Shown: piece after piece, positions 63,138 through 64,000 of the stretch
How positions within the stretch are numbered: the first letter of the stretch is position 1
Layout of the letters: each line of letters opens with the position of its first letter
The notes under the pieces: generated by a model
What the model saw: only the letters and a program-made list of their open reading frames with translations
The model's database searches: none
What the model was told of the DNA's origin: nothing
Translations under genes and position numbers: made by a program
Source of the DNA: Nemertoderma westbladi
Lineage: Eukaryota > Animalia > Xenacoelomorpha
Length of the DNA stretch: 64,000 nt
Direction of reading: 5' to 3'
Assembly (NCBI GenBank): GCA_032718475.1
Contig: JAUCBJ010001300.1
Span: 1-64,000, forward strand

Positions 63138-64000
63138 ATGTCTGACACTCAGCAAAACCTGTCAGACAGTCTGATCGATACAACTATCTGTGACTCAGAT
63201 AGGAGTGTGGAGCGAGTAAGAAAGGAGTTCAGCTCACCTCCTACTGCAAAAAAGGTCATCCCTCCAGTAGTATCAGACCCTAGGCTAATCCACCATAGGT
63301 CCATCATAGGCACTCGGGCACAGGTCAAACGGAACCAAGAGGCAGTTGTCCCATCGCAGCAACATCTTGGTCAAGAACCTACTTCCCAGCGACCCGATAG
63401 CTCCAGCAGTTCGGATACTGTAGAGCTGACCCCCGAACGCGGAGTGCAGATGGCTGCTACAGTCTACTCGGACCCCCTTCTTACCCTTCCTGCTGCAGTG
63501 CTAACTGCTATATTCATTGCGGTGGAGGAACATCAAGCCGACTGGGCGAGGAATAAGCGAGCGACCCAAAATAATTATGCGGGATACGCCAGGGAAGAAT
63601 TGATGTCTATTGTCGAGTCACAATGGAACTTTCCCGGACTCGGACTCCCGTTGGATCTGTCCGAGGCTACTTGGGAAGATATACACAGGATGGGAGTGGC
63701 TAAAGATACAATGGATCCAGCTGTTTGGAAGAGGTCGGCAGCAGGATATGTGCAGGGATTCTTCGGCTCCTTGGAGCGATTGGAAGAACAACTGTTTCGA
63801 CAACTTCAAGGACCTCAAGAGCAGGAAGAGCTGCTATACCAAGTACGCGAAAGAACCCTACGCATTCGACTAATCCTCTCAGCCTTTGAGGAAACTTCCA
63901 AAAGAAGACAGGACACGTCGCTGCAGGTTGCTGTCAAAACTTGGTTACATCGGGTAGATCTCAAAGTACAGGAAACGGCCCAGTGGAAATCCCAGCTGGC
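63138..64000 (+). CDS. Open ORF of at least 287 aa, incomplete at the window end; probable Gag N-terminus of the LTR element starting at 59701
   Basis: ATG at 63138 (MSDTQQNLSDSLIDTTICDSDRSVERVRKEF...WLHRVDLKVQETAQWKSQL) with no stop before 64000. It is missing from the ORF track, presumably because it has no stop codon. Confidence 0.65.
   Translation, partial: MSDTQQNLSDSLIDTTICDSDRSVERVRKEFSSPPTAKKVIPPVVSDPRLIHHRSIIGTRAQVKRNQEAVVPSQQHLGQEPTSQRPDSSSSSDTVELTPERGVQMAATVYSDPLLTLPAAVLTAIFIAVEEHQADWARNKRATQNNYAGYAREELMSIVESQWNFPGLGLPLDLSEATWEDIHRMGVAKDTMDPAVWKRSAAGYVQGFFGSLERLEEQLFRQLQGPQEQEELLYQVRERTLRIRLILSAFEETSKRRQDTSLQVAVKTWLHRVDLKVQETAQWKSQL

Overview
AT-rich eukaryotic DNA, probably from an invertebrate animal: spliceosomal GT-AG introns, CORE-SINE, BEL/Pao and DIRS-type elements. 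Five recognisable host genes, all on the minus strand and nearly intron-free: DHTKD1 (2 exons), TAF1C-like, SMIM12, MGAT2 and ATG12. The rest is mostly mobile DNA and tandem repeats. Two elements stand out. (1) A young, nearly intact tyrosine-recombinase retrotransposon (46402-53999) with Ngaro/PAT-type split direct repeats (A1...B1-A2-B2) and a TAAT crossover core at every junction. Its gene order is non-canonical (RT-RNaseH, then Gag, then YR), it has an extra internal partial B repeat, and its leader holds about 19 tandem GGA-bulged hairpins. (2) An IS3EU-like DNA transposon (21163-27069) with a 6-bp TSD GCTACA and ~480-bp TIRs containing a 20-bp minisatellite. It carries an intact DDE transposase and, convergently, a spliced but disrupted HECT E3 ubiquitin-ligase gene. 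Also present: an internally deleted BEL/Pao element, two diverged ~1.2-kb LTR-like copies (one preceded by an orphan ORF, one followed by an ORF open to the window end), an RTE-type LINE relic, SINEs, MITEs, a Penelope-like palindrome and several minisatellites. All family calls come from motif recognition by eye; no database searches were run.
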